Assembly (NCBI GenBank): GCA_963676395.1 | Contig: OY781066.1 | Location: 1,568,001 to 1,632,000 of the forward strand | DNA from: a bacterium | Lineage (GTDB): Bacteria; Fidelibacterota; Fidelibacteria; Fidelibacterales; Fidelibacteraceae | Direction: 5' to 3' | Length of the DNA stretch: 64,000 nucleotides | Shown: positions 1 through 11,249 of the stretch, one piece after another | Position numbering within the stretch: the stretch's first letter is position 1 | How the letters are laid out: every line of letters begins with the position of its first letter | Made by a program: the position numbers and the translations under genes | Notes under the pieces: generated by a model | Database searches by the model: none | What the model was told of the DNA's origin: nothing | What the model saw: only the letters and a program-made list of their open reading frames with translations

Positions 1-1259
<1,259 letters not shown>

Positions 1260-1299
1260 ACATTTCGTCTTTGACGGATAAAGATAAAGTGAGGAAAAA

Positions 1300-3744
1300 T
1301 TGGCTAACGAAAAAATTATTCCGATAAATATTGAAGAAGAATTGAGGAGTTGTTATCTCGACTATTCTATGTCGGTGATCGTTTCTCGTGCGCTCCCGGA
1401 TATTCGTGACGGCTTAAAACCTGTTCACCGTCGTATTTTGTATGGCATGTATGAATTGGGGATGCAGCACAATAAACCCTATAAAAAATCTGCTCGTATT
1501 GTCGGTGATGTTTTAGGTAAATATCACCCCCATGGCGATGGCTCGGTTTATAATGCGATGGCTCGTTTGGCGCAGAATTTTGCCATGAGATATCTTATTG
1601 TGGATGGACAAGGAAACTTTGGTTCCATCGATGGTGATTCTCCGGCTGCTATGCGTTATACCGAAGCACGTATGTCGAAACTGGCAGATGAAATTTTGGA
1701 AGATATCGACAAAGAAACTGTCGATTTTACAAAGAATTTTGATGATTCATTGGATGAACCCACTGTTCTCCCATCACGAATTCCATATTTGCTGATTAAT
1801 GGTGCAACCGGTATTGCTGTTGGTATGGCAACAAACATTCCACCGCATAACCTGAATGAAGTTTGTAATGCGGTGTGTGCAACGGTTGAAAATCCTGATA
1901 TCACGACTCAAGAGCTTATGCAATATGTAACTGGACCTGATTTTCCTACCGGTGCTTTGGCATTTGGAGCTCAGGGATTGTTTTCTGCGTATGACACCGG
2001 ACATGGTAAGATTACGCTACGTGCCCGTGCGAATGTGGAACAGGTGCGAAATAATCGCGAACAGATTGTTTTTACCGAGATCCCCTATCAGATCAATAAA
2101 AGCAATTTGATTGAAAGAATTGCCCAGTTGGTTCAGAGTAAAGTATTGGAAGGTATTTCTGATCTTCGTGACGAATCAGACAAAGAAGGTATTCGTGTTG
2201 TTGTAGAATTAAAGCGAGATTTTGAACCTCAAGTGGTTTTAAATAATCTATATAAACATACTCAGCTTCAGGGGACTTTCGGTATTAATATGCTGGCCCT
2301 TGTTGATGGTCAACCAAAAGTACTACCACTCAAGAGGATGCTTGAGCTTTTTATTGATTACCGACATGAGATCATTGTTCGTCGTACTCAGTACGAATTG
2401 AAAAAAGCCGAAGCGCGTGCGCATATCTTGGAAGGTTTCAAGATCGCATTGGATAATATCGATGAAGTGATTGAATTGATCAAAAGTTCTGCCAGCGCCT
2501 CTGCAGCCAAGAAGAATTTAATGAACCGTTTCTCTTTTTCAGAGATCCAGGCTCAAGCCATTCTTGATATGAAGTTGCAGAAGTTAACCGGATTGGAACG
2601 TGAAAAGATCATCCAGGAATATAAAGAAGTCCTCAAGCTGATTGAACGTTTGAAATATATTTTAGATAATCGTGAAGAGCGTATGAATATTCTTGTGAGA
2701 GAAACTCGTGAGATTCAGGAAAAATACGGTGATGAACGTCGCACAGAGATTGTTGCCGATGCCGGAGATTTTTCTGTTGAAGATATGATAGCCGATGAAG
2801 AAATGGCCATTACGATCACTCATAATGGCTTTATCAAACGAACACCTGTAAACGTTTATCATGCACAACGTCGTGGTGGTGTCGGTAAAAAAGGTGCCGG
2901 TACTAAAGATGACGATTTTGTTGAGAATCTCTTTATTGCGTCTACTCACGATACCTTGATGTTCTTTACCGATTTTGGTAAAGTTTATTGGTTGAAAGTT
3001 CACGAATTACCTCAAGCGGGACGTGCAACTCGAGGTCGCGCCATTGTAAACTTACTTGAAGCCGAAAAAGGCGAAAAAGTAAGAGCCTTTTTGAATGTAC
3101 GTGATTTCTCCGAAGACAAGAATGTTGTGATTGCCACCAAACAGGGTACTATCAAGAAAACTCAACTTGATGCTTATTCTCGTCCCCGTCGTACCGGTAT
3201 TATTGCCATTAATCTCAATGATGGTGATGATATTGTCGGCGTAGATATGACAAATGGTGAACAGGATATTATTCTTGGAACACGAAAAGGTAAAGCAATT
3301 CGATTTAACGAATCACATGTTCGCGCCATGGGTCGCTCGGCTACCGGTGTACGCGGTGTTACCCTGGATGGTGCCGATGATGCCGTTGTCGATATGGTTG
3401 TGGTAAAACGTGAAGGTGCAACTGTTCTTGCCGTAAGCGATAAAGGTTATGGCAAACGTTCCGATATTATGGATTACCGTATTACCAATCGCGGTGGTAA
3501 AGGTGTGATCACCATTAAAACCACCGATAAGGTTGGCCAGATGGTTGCGTTGAAAGAAGTTGTAGATAGTGATGACCTGATGATCATTACTACCAGTGGA
3601 ATGCTGATTCGTCAGCACATTGATAAGATCAACACACTTTCAAGAAACACACAGGGTGTACGCTTGATTAATCTTCACAATGATGATCAGATTTCAGCGA
3701 TACGCTATGTGATGGAAAGTGACGACGAAGAAAAAGAAGAATAG
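1300..3744 (+). CDS. gyrA: DNA gyrase subunit A
   Basis: TTG start after [26 protein letters not shown] (catalytic Tyr), GyrA-box QRRGGVG, acidic C-terminal tail. Confidence 0.98.
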   Translation: MANEKIIPINIEEELRSCYLDYSMSVIVSRALPDIRDGLKPVHRRILYGMYELGMQHNKPYKKSARIVGDVLGKYHPHGDGSVYNAMARLAQNFAMRYLIVDGQGNFGSIDGDSPAAMRYTEARMSKLADEILEDIDKETVDFTKNFDDSLDEPTVLPSRIPYLLINGATGIAVGMATNIPPHNLNEVCNAVCATVENPDITTQELMQYVTGPDFPTGALAFGAQGLFSAYDTGHGKITLRARANVEQVRNNREQIVFTEIPYQINKSNLIERIAQLVQSKVLEGISDLRDESDKEGIRVVVELKRDFEPQVVLNNLYKHTQLQGTFGINMLALVDGQPKVLPLKRMLELFIDYRHEIIVRRTQYELKKAEARAHILEGFKIALDNIDEVIELIKSSASASAAKKNLMNRFSFSEIQAQAILDMKLQKLTGLEREKIIQEYKEVLKLIERLKYILDNREERMNILVRETREIQEKYGDERRTEIVADAGDFSVEDMIADEEMAITITHNGFIKRTPVNVYHAQRRGGVGKKGAGTKDDDFVENLFIASTHDTLMFFTDFGKVYWLKVHELPQAGRATRGRAIVNLLEAEKGEKVRAFLNVRDFSEDKNVVIATKQGTIKKTQLDAYSRPRRTGIIAINLNDGDDIVGVDMTNGEQDIILGTRKGKAIRFNESHVRAMGRSATGVRGVTLDGADDAVVDMVVVKREGATVLAVSDKGYGKRSDIMDYRITNRGGKGVITIKTTDKVGQMVALKEVVDSDDLMIITTSGMLIRQHIDKINTLSRNTQGVRLINLHNDDQISAIRYVMESDDEEKEE

Positions 3745-3749
3745 ATAAG

Positions 3750-3805
3750 GATTAAGATTGAGCAGAACTGAGTTTTTAGCACTGAGCGCTGTCTCAATCT
3801 TAATC
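3750..3805. repeat. 13-bp inverted repeat between gyrA and yggS (possible mRNA stem)
   Basis: GATTAAGATTGAG (3750-3762) / CTCAATCTTAATC (3793-3805); no U-tract. Confidence 0.5.
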
Positions 3806-3816
3806 TCATTACTTAC

Positions 3817-4479
3817 ATGATCAAAGATAAACTCGAAGCTGTTAGACAAGATGTTTTACGTTATTCACCTTATCCTGATAAGGTTCGAATTATTGCAGTG
3901 AGCAAGAAGCAACCCATAGAAAAGATGCTTAAAGCTGCTGAAGCCGGAATGACGGACTTAGGTGAAAACCGTATCCAGGATGCCTGTGATAAATTTCAAT
4001 TGGAAAGTTTTCCTGGAGTAGAACGACATTTCATCGGATATCTGCAATCAAACAAAGTAAATAAATGCTTGCAGAATTTTGATTGGCTTCATAGTTTGCA
4101 AACAGAGAAACTTGCTAAGCTAATTGCAAAAAGTGATCAGAACTTGAAATGCCTTATTGAGGTAAATATTTCGGGTGAAGAAAGTAAATCCGGGATCGCT
4201 CTGGAGAGCTTGAACGACTTTGTAAAAAAGCTTAGACTTATAGATGGTCTTGAAGTGCGCGGATTAATGGGAATGGCCGCTTTCAGCTTAAATGAAGTGG
4301 AGATTCGTAATTCTTTTGCTTTATTGAAAAGTTTAGCCGAAGAAGTAACGGCACTTAGCACGGACATGATCTCTTTTGAGGAATTATCAATGGGAATGAC
4401 CAATGATTATCGTATTGCTCTTGAAGAGGGATCAACTATGATTCGTGTTGGAACCGGCATATTCGGACCAAGGAGTTAA
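3817..4479 (+). CDS. yggS: YggS/PROSC pyridoxal-phosphate homeostasis protein
   Basis: AVSK, GENRIQD, HFIGYLQSNKV, EVNISGEESKSG, LSMGMTNDY, GSTMIRVGTGIFG. Confidence 0.95.
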   Translation: MIKDKLEAVRQDVLRYSPYPDKVRIIAVSKKQPIEKMLKAAEAGMTDLGENRIQDACDKFQLESFPGVERHFIGYLQSNKVNKCLQNFDWLHSLQTEKLAKLIAKSDQNLKCLIEVNISGEESKSGIALESLNDFVKKLRLIDGLEVRGLMGMAAFSLNEVEIRNSFALLKSLAEEVTALSTDMISFEELSMGMTNDYRIALEEGSTMIRVGTGIFGPRS

Positions 4480-4480
4480 T

Positions 4481-4945
4481 ATGGAATGGATAGATTTTTC
4501 TGACTTAAAAGTAAACGTCGATAAGAGCCCTTGGCCTTTTCGGTCAAAACCTGAGCATTTAAGCCAAGAAGAAACGGCAGCTTGTTCCGATACACTTTTA
4601 TTGACAATGAAAAGTGATGCTTTAAAGGAAGGTGAAGTAAAAGCTGTGAAAGATCAGATTAATCTTTCAGGTTATAATCCCTTACGTGGAGCAAATAATA
4701 AAGAACTGGGGGTTCGTTTCCCGGATATGTCTCATCCCTATGAGATCCCGGCAGGAATGGCTGATATTGATGTTATTCTTGTAAGAGCCGGGCAAAGGGA
4801 AGATCATCCTTTGAATGTCCCCGAGGCAGAGGCAATTGTTTATCAAACGATACTTGCAAAGCATCAATGCAAAACAGTGTATGCTCTGATATATGGATCC
4901 GGTGTGGATGCAGAAACATTAATAAATATTTTTCATGGAGAATGA
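4481..4945 (+). CDS. Small protein containing a purine-nucleoside-phosphorylase-like segment
   Basis: Start revised to ATG 4481 after AGGAG; DQINLSGYNPLRGANNKELGVRFPDMSHPY matches the trimeric PNP DHIN..G.NPL.G.N....G.RFPDMS..Y segment; only 154 aa. Confidence 0.6.
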   Translation: MEWIDFSDLKVNVDKSPWPFRSKPEHLSQEETAACSDTLLLTMKSDALKEGEVKAVKDQINLSGYNPLRGANNKELGVRFPDMSHPYEIPAGMADIDVILVRAGQREDHPLNVPEAEAIVYQTILAKHQCKTVYALIYGSGVDAETLINIFHGE

Positions 4946-4946
4946 T

Positions 4947-5408
4947 ATGCATAAGAATTCAATGAACAAGGTGGTTTTGGTTGGTAGATTAGGACAAGAT
5001 CCTGAACAGCGCGCAACTCCCAGCGGTACTGCGGTTGTTAATTTTTCAGTAGCAACCAATGAAACTCGTAAAGATCAATCGGGTCAGTATGTTGATAGTA
5101 CGGAATGGCATCGTTGTGTATCTTTTGGTAAACAGGCTGAATTCATAGGTCGCTATTTTACCAAGGGTCGTCTTGTTTATATTGACGGTCGTTTAAGAAC
5201 CCGTAAATGGCAGGACAATAATAACGCAACACACTATACAACCGAAGTTATGTGTGATACGGCGATGTTGCTTGATCGCGGACAGCAGTCCGAAGGTGGT
5301 GCTGGAGGTGTTTATGCTTCTCCTCAAGCAAGTCGTTCGACAGCAGCTCCCGCAGCGGCACCAGCTGAACCCATGATGCCGGATAATGAAGAAGAATTGC
5401 CTTTTTAA
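4947..5408 (+). CDS. ssb: Single-stranded DNA-binding protein
   Basis: NKVVLVGRLGQDPE, TEWHR, GRLRTRKW, acidic C-tail EEELPF; GGAG 6 nt before ATG 4947. Confidence 0.96.
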   Translation: MHKNSMNKVVLVGRLGQDPEQRATPSGTAVVNFSVATNETRKDQSGQYVDSTEWHRCVSFGKQAEFIGRYFTKGRLVYIDGRLRTRKWQDNNNATHYTTEVMCDTAMLLDRGQQSEGGAGGVYASPQASRSTAAPAAAPAEPMMPDNEEELPF

Positions 5409-5417
5409 GGAAAGAAT

Positions 5418-6110
5418 ATGTCCGAACGAGAATTTGAAAATACTGGTTTCATCGAAGAAGAAAAAGGGTCAGCGATCGTGTTGTGCCCTGTTTGCGGTCA
5501 ACCTGTGAATAATCATCCTGCAGAAGAATTATTTACGGTTGATATTGTTGAGAGCGATTTCAGGATCAGAACGTTGGATGATGATGTCTTAGATACCTGG
5601 TTGGTGTTTTGTCATCATTGTCTTTATGTTACGCATGATTTCACTCATATTCCGGATGATCTTGCGCAATTAAAAGACGTGATCGAATCAAAAACTTATA
5701 AAGAACGTTTTGTAGATACCAATCCTACAACAATGGAACTCTTTGAACATTATTTGTATATGTTGCAACAAGTCAAAGCATCTCCCATGGTTTTTGCCGA
5801 TACTTATTTACGTATGTCATGGTTGGCCGATGATGATTCCAATGAAGAGTTGGCGAATGATTATAGAGAAAAAGCTATCATTAATTATGGAAGGTCACTT
5901 TTGCTAGCTGATTTGAATGATAAAGATACCTCAATGTTGTACTATTATATTGCGGAACTGAGTCGACGTAAAGGTGAATTTGATCGGGCAAAAAAGGCAC
6001 TGATGAAATTAGATACACAAATTCCCATGATCAAAAATTTGTTTAATATGCAATCTGTTTTGATCAGAGATAAAAAAAAGAACGCCGTCGCAATGCCACG
6101 GGAGGAATAG
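5418..6110 (+). CDS. DUF2225-like protein (two CxxC motifs, TPR-like C-terminus)
   Basis: CPVC and CHHC; helical segment YYIAELSRRKGEFDRAKK. Confidence 0.6.
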   Translation: MSEREFENTGFIEEEKGSAIVLCPVCGQPVNNHPAEELFTVDIVESDFRIRTLDDDVLDTWLVFCHHCLYVTHDFTHIPDDLAQLKDVIESKTYKERFVDTNPTTMELFEHYLYMLQQVKASPMVFADTYLRMSWLADDDSNEELANDYREKAIINYGRSLLLADLNDKDTSMLYYYIAELSRRKGEFDRAKKALMKLDTQIPMIKNLFNMQSVLIRDKKKNAVAMPREE

Positions 6111-6113
6111 CTT

Positions 6114-6974
6114 ATGATGATCAATTATCCGGAATTTGAAGCGATGTTATATGAGCAAGAGGCAGGGGCAACCACGATCTTGTTTAAATACATTCATATT
6201 ATTAAACGCTATTTTTCTGAAAATAGTGATTTGAGCCCCAATGAACAGTTGGAAAAATTAAATTTTATTTATAATGAAACACGAGCGGCTCATCCGCTTA
6301 TTGCTATTTTTCCCAACATGCAAGAGGTGATAACCAGAGAGATCCAGTCCGGGAAAAGTATTCCCGATATCATTGAGCATTATGGGGGCATTATTAAGAG
6401 AAACAATGAAAAGACTATTGAAACAGCCGTTAAGAATTTTATTAAGGACGGTTCAAAGATCTTTACTTTTTCACATTCCTCATTGGTTCGAAAAGCCATT
6501 ATGAACGCCGCTCAAAGTGGAAAACGTTTTGAAGTGGTTGCTACCGAAGCACGTCCTGTGGGAGAAGGTTTGTCATTGGCTAAATTCTTGGGTCGAGCAG
6601 GCATTCCGGTTTCTTTATATACCGATGCCGCTATGGAATTGGCGATTTCTCGTTGTGATCTGGTTCTAGTGGGGACTGACTGGTATTGGCACCGTGGATT
6701 TATTAATAAGATCGGTACCCACTCGGCATTGCGTATTGCCGATGAGCGTGAAAAAGAATTTTATGTATTAACAGATAGCTCAAAATTCATGAAAACGCCA
6801 CCCTCGGATTGGTCACGTGACCAACATCCATCATCACAGATCTTAATGGAAACCATTGAGAATGTTGTGGTTCATAATCCGTATTTTGAATCGATCTGGT
6901 ACAAGGGTGTAAGCAATATTGTTGTTGATGGTGAAGTTAAAAGCTTTAACGAAAAAAATGAGCTCATCATGTAA
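6114..6974 (+). CDS. eIF-2B/IF-2B family protein (sugar-phosphate isomerase fold)
   Basis: TFSHSSLV, EARPVGEG, DAA, VLVGTD, NKIGT, NPYFE motifs. Confidence 0.85.
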   Translation: MMINYPEFEAMLYEQEAGATTILFKYIHIIKRYFSENSDLSPNEQLEKLNFIYNETRAAHPLIAIFPNMQEVITREIQSGKSIPDIIEHYGGIIKRNNEKTIETAVKNFIKDGSKIFTFSHSSLVRKAIMNAAQSGKRFEVVATEARPVGEGLSLAKFLGRAGIPVSLYTDAAMELAISRCDLVLVGTDWYWHRGFINKIGTHSALRIADEREKEFYVLTDSSKFMKTPPSDWSRDQHPSSQILMETIENVVVHNPYFESIWYKGVSNIVVDGEVKSFNEKNELIM

Positions 6975-6985
6975 AGAGGTCTATT

Positions 6986-7783
6986 ATGTCCCGGTTTACT
7001 TACAAAATAGCACTATGGATGTTCTTTGTCAGTCTGATCGCATATCTGATAATCATTTTGGGAGTATTTGTAAGAACCGATGCTCTAGCCGGGATGTCTC
7101 AGGGACAACAATATTTCACTATGATCTTCCTGGAATTGTTGTTGTTTGTACCACTTTGGATCTTTATTAAGGTTAATGGCGAAAAAACTCGACGGATCTT
7201 TCGTTTTAGGAAGGTCCGGAAAATGCATATTTTTAAATTACTGCTCATTTCTTTTGGACTTTTTCTAACGCTTTTATCAATTGAATATATCGTTCATAAT
7301 TTAGGTTACGAGATACCAAAATTAGATCAGAATATTTTATTGACCAACAGTGGGAATTTATTTTTGTTGTTTGTTCTAAGTGCTGTTGTTACACCTATTG
7401 TAGAAGAAGCTGTATTTCGTGGTTTTATTTTTAGGGTTATGTTGGATAGAGGTTATTCACCAACTATGATCATTGGTGTTTCATCATTATTATTTTCACT
7501 GGCCCATTTAAACTCTTCGGCATTTTTAAAGATATTCGCGGCAGGATTAATTTTAGGCTTTGTCGCTTATTACTTTCATTCTATCATTCCAAGTATTATA
7601 ATTCACAGTATTTTTAATATACTTGCACTTGTTGAAATCAATACACCGCAGATAAGAGAATGGTTTATGACTTATTCCACTGTGTTTTCTGTTCTCCTCC
7701 TGGGGACGGGTACTTTGTTATTGATCGCAGGTATTTTAGGAATAAAGAATACGGTTCATATTAAACGCAAACGAAAAGAATAG
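6986..7783 (+). CDS. CPBP (CAAX/Abi) family intramembrane glutamic/metallo-protease
   Basis: PIVEEAVFRG, FSLAH, HSIFN; multiple TM segments. Confidence 0.9.
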   Translation: MSRFTYKIALWMFFVSLIAYLIIILGVFVRTDALAGMSQGQQYFTMIFLELLLFVPLWIFIKVNGEKTRRIFRFRKVRKMHIFKLLLISFGLFLTLLSIEYIVHNLGYEIPKLDQNILLTNSGNLFLLFVLSAVVTPIVEEAVFRGFIFRVMLDRGYSPTMIIGVSSLLFSLAHLNSSAFLKIFAAGLILGFVAYYFHSIIPSIIIHSIFNILALVEINTPQIREWFMTYSTVFSVLLLGTGTLLLIAGILGIKNTVHIKRKRKE

Positions 7784-7795
7784 GAGGAATAGCTT

Positions 7796-9187
7796 ATGAG
7801 AAATAATGAAGTTATTCTACTCGTTGACACCTACAGAAAATTACATCGCCGTGGCGCTAAAGTAAATTTGATTAATATAATCGATAAAACTCATCCGGCC
7901 GACCTTGCCATGTTATTTCGATCGTTTACGCAACATGAACGTTTATATTTCTTTTCTTTGATCAAGACAGAAGCTCAAAAAGCTGAAGTATTATCTGAAC
8001 TTGATGATAATTTTATTATTGAGGTCTTACGTGCTTTAACACGACACGATATAATTAATATATTTCGTGAAATGGATTATGATGATGAAACGGCTATCAT
8101 TCGTATGCTACCTGAAGAAGATCAGCAAGAATTGTTGAATTTGATGAAAGACGATGAATCACGCGAAGTAGAAGCTTTGATGGAATATGATGAAGATACG
8201 GCCGGTGGTATCATGAACCCGGAAGTGTTTCACTTGCATGAAGAAATGACGGTAGCCAAAGCAACCGAAGAGATACAAAAAAGCGTTGATACCGAAATGG
8301 TTTTTTATATTTATGTAACAGATGATCGTTCTCATTTGATTGGTGTGGTTTCTTTGAGGCAATTGATCTTGACAGATCCGAGCAAAGCCTTGAGTGAGAT
8401 CATGGTTGAAGATGTAGTGTCTATTCGCCCCGAAACCGATCAAGAAGAAGTGGCTCGACTTGCATCACGTTACAATTTTGTAGCTGTCCCGGTTGTTGAT
8501 GATGAAAACAAGTTGATCGGTGTGGTAACTGTAGATGATATTATTGATGTTCTTCGTGAAGAAGCTACGGAAGATCTTTTACAAATGGCCGGTTTGGGTA
8601 AGGATTCCGATATTATTATGAAATCTGCCGGAGAAACCATTAAGCAGCGTTTTCCTTGGTTACTTGCAACATATATCGGTGGCTTGATCTCTGCACTTGT
8701 TATTGGTTTATTTCAGGTGACATTATCGAATTTTGTGATCCTGACGTCATTTATTCCCATTATTGCAGGTATGGGTGGTAATATCGGGACGCAGAGTTCT
8801 ACCATTATTACACGTGGCTTGTTAACGGGTCGAGTGAATCCGGATACTACATGGAAGATTGTTGCAAAAGAATTAAGGGTTGGAATAACTCTGGGATTTG
8901 CCTATGGTATTGTCCTGGGTGGTATTGCCTTTTTAATGACCTATGTTATACATACTAATGGTTATGATTATTCATTAACAAACTGTATCGAATTAAGTAT
9001 TGCTATTGCAATCGGAATTGTGGTTGCAATGACATTGGCAACCTTTACGGGTACGGTGGCTCCCATACTGTTTAACTCTATGAAAATCGATCCGGCTATT
9101 GCAACCGGCCCCTTGGTTACAACAACAATCGATATTCTTGGCATTTTGATTTATCTGTCTATCGCAACGGGTTTGGTACATTTATAA
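7796..9187 (+). CDS. mgtE: Magnesium transporter MgtE
   Basis: HPAD N-domain, YDEDTAGGIM, CBS pair, MGGNIGTQS, DPAIATGPLVTTTIDI. Confidence 0.96.
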   Translation: MRNNEVILLVDTYRKLHRRGAKVNLINIIDKTHPADLAMLFRSFTQHERLYFFSLIKTEAQKAEVLSELDDNFIIEVLRALTRHDIINIFREMDYDDETAIIRMLPEEDQQELLNLMKDDESREVEALMEYDEDTAGGIMNPEVFHLHEEMTVAKATEEIQKSVDTEMVFYIYVTDDRSHLIGVVSLRQLILTDPSKALSEIMVEDVVSIRPETDQEEVARLASRYNFVAVPVVDDENKLIGVVTVDDIIDVLREEATEDLLQMAGLGKDSDIIMKSAGETIKQRFPWLLATYIGGLISALVIGLFQVTLSNFVILTSFIPIIAGMGGNIGTQSSTIITRGLLTGRVNPDTTWKIVAKELRVGITLGFAYGIVLGGIAFLMTYVIHTNGYDYSLTNCIELSIAIAIGIVVAMTLATFTGTVAPILFNSMKIDPAIATGPLVTTTIDILGILIYLSIATGLVHL

Positions 9188-9188
9188 A

Positions 9189-9899
9189 ATGAAAAAAGTT
9201 ATTTTTATCCTCCAGCTGGTCTGCATGTTCGGATCACTCTTGGCTACTACTGACACTTTATTTTTTGATGTAAGCATCTTGGGTGTAAGATGCGCCAAGG
9301 TGGAATTGATAGAAAATATTCTTGATGACGATAGAGTGGAAATCGTTTATCATGCTTATACTGTACCGCCGTTCTTAAAATTATCCCCGACAGATAATTG
9401 GTATTATTACTATACAAACAGGGAATATTCTCATCTTGATTCCTTAAGAAAGATCATTAAAGATAAGGATGTCAGACAAAATTATTCTGAGATCATGTCA
9501 AATGAAACAGTGATCTATAATAATGATCATGTTCAAAAACATAATAAGCCACTTCACCATATTTTGACGTCTTTGGCCTTTTTTGAACATCATCCAGAGG
9601 CGATACAAAGTGGCTATGATCTTGCATTTGATATCAGTGATGAAGGAGATTTTTATCATCAGGAAATCAAGGTTAAATATAATGAGCGAAAAGCACAAGA
9701 TGAGATCTATTTTAGCTTTAAGCATATCGGTGGGAAAGAATATATCAAGGAAACGGATGTTTTCAATTGGATGATCTGTGCCGGTAATGGTACGCGTATG
9801 TTGGCATACTCCCGTCGTGATGGTAAGATCATTGAAGGTGCATTTTCATTGGGATGGGGCGGTTTGCATTTGAGAGCGAAGAGAATAATTAAGCCTTGA
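9189..9899 (+). CDS. Exported hypothetical protein
   Basis: 236-aa ORF abutting mgtE; signal-peptide-like N-terminus. Confidence 0.65.
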   Translation: MKKVIFILQLVCMFGSLLATTDTLFFDVSILGVRCAKVELIENILDDDRVEIVYHAYTVPPFLKLSPTDNWYYYYTNREYSHLDSLRKIIKDKDVRQNYSEIMSNETVIYNNDHVQKHNKPLHHILTSLAFFEHHPEAIQSGYDLAFDISDEGDFYHQEIKVKYNERKAQDEIYFSFKHIGGKEYIKETDVFNWMICAGNGTRMLAYSRRDGKIIEGAFSLGWGGLHLRAKRIIKP

Positions 9900-10174
9900 G
9901 TGGGAGAAACCGAGTACTGAGAAGTTTAGATATTATACTTGTCTTTAAGCCGAGAATGCATATCATAGAGTATACTTGGAAAAGCACAGAATCCGTAAAC
10001 AGATCATAAATATTCTAAGAATTATTAGCTTTGTCAGACAATGGTATAGAGGAAGTACCATATTTTTTGCAATTGGCACGAACAAATGTAAAAATGTCGA
10101 TTCATCTTAATTCGTAATTTTCAATTCGCAATTATTTTTTTATATTCACTTAACAAATAATTAATTGGAGTTTT

Positions 10175-11242
10175 ATGAAGTGGATCGTATCTATACTTTT
10201 CTTGTTCTCCTTTGCGTGTTCGCAATCTTTACATGTAAGCGGACAAAGCATAAACAGGACTTATCAATTGGCTGAAATTCAAAGACTGGAATTTGCAAAT
10301 CTTGATTCTTTATCTCATGCATCATTAAGTATTCATACTGTTAATGGAATTAAACAGATCCGATTGGCAAATATTGATTCTCTTAATCTCACAGAGGATA
10401 AGAAACTAAAAATTTATATCGAGTCCGGGGAAAACGAATTTAGATTGGCTGATATAGATCATGTGAATGTAACGCCATTGACATTTCCGGATAGGCATGA
10501 CGATGCACCAAGCGGATCTGAATTTATGAATTCTATTCTTGGTAAAAGTTTTAATGAACGCGAACCTCTTATCTTGGCAGAATTTCTTGCCGGTAATATT
10601 CCGGACATATCCAGGGAATTTATAACCTTAACCTCGGTTTTTAATGATGCAAACGGGGTGCCCCATACTGTGGAGTATGATGTGATGAGCGATTATCTCT
10701 CTGTTGGAACCAACGAAGATTATTGCCGGGTGCCGATGGGACCCTCGACGGCTCAGGCCATCGCTGATGCGTATGGGTGTATTTTGACTACCACAAAGCT
10801 TTGTGATGACATCTGGCACCATGCTACGGTAAAATTAAGTCCTATTCCTTATGCACCTGTTGGTGATAATAACTCGCAAGTGTATAAATTCATTGAGCAT
10901 AATCATGATATCAATGCGGCAAGACATGCCGAAAGTGGGGAGATATCCGAACTTATCGCCGGGATAAAAAAAGATGTTGTGATCTGCAATGCCATTAATT
11001 CTAAGCCGGGTTATGTGTGTATTTACGGTTGGCACTATACCAGTGGTTCACCCATTCAACCTTTATACACCGGACATGTTGATTGGTATGTTGATTATAG
11101 TCATGGAATACGACTTGTGAATGAGTATGTGCGAGTTGACGGTGTTAGTATGTCTGCCCATGATATATTAAAGGACCCGGTCTTGTATAAATTACTCAGT
11201 AAAGAAAACACGCCTATGCAATTAAGTTCATATCGTAAGTAG
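10175..11242 (+). CDS. Exported hypothetical protein with three N-terminal repeats and an uncharacterised C-terminal domain
   Basis: GGAG RBS; signal peptide; motifs DYLSVG, RVPM, KKDVV, IYGWH, PIQP, YVDYSHGIRLV. Confidence 0.75.
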   Translation: MKWIVSILFLFSFACSQSLHVSGQSINRTYQLAEIQRLEFANLDSLSHASLSIHTVNGIKQIRLANIDSLNLTEDKKLKIYIESGENEFRLADIDHVNVTPLTFPDRHDDAPSGSEFMNSILGKSFNEREPLILAEFLAGNIPDISREFITLTSVFNDANGVPHTVEYDVMSDYLSVGTNEDYCRVPMGPSTAQAIADAYGCILTTTKLCDDIWHHATVKLSPIPYAPVGDNNSQVYKFIEHNHDINAARHAESGEISELIAGIKKDVVICNAINSKPGYVCIYGWHYTSGSPIQPLYTGHVDWYVDYSHGIRLVNEYVRVDGVSMSAHDILKDPVLYKLLSKENTPMQLSSYRK

Positions 11243-11249
11243 GTGCATC

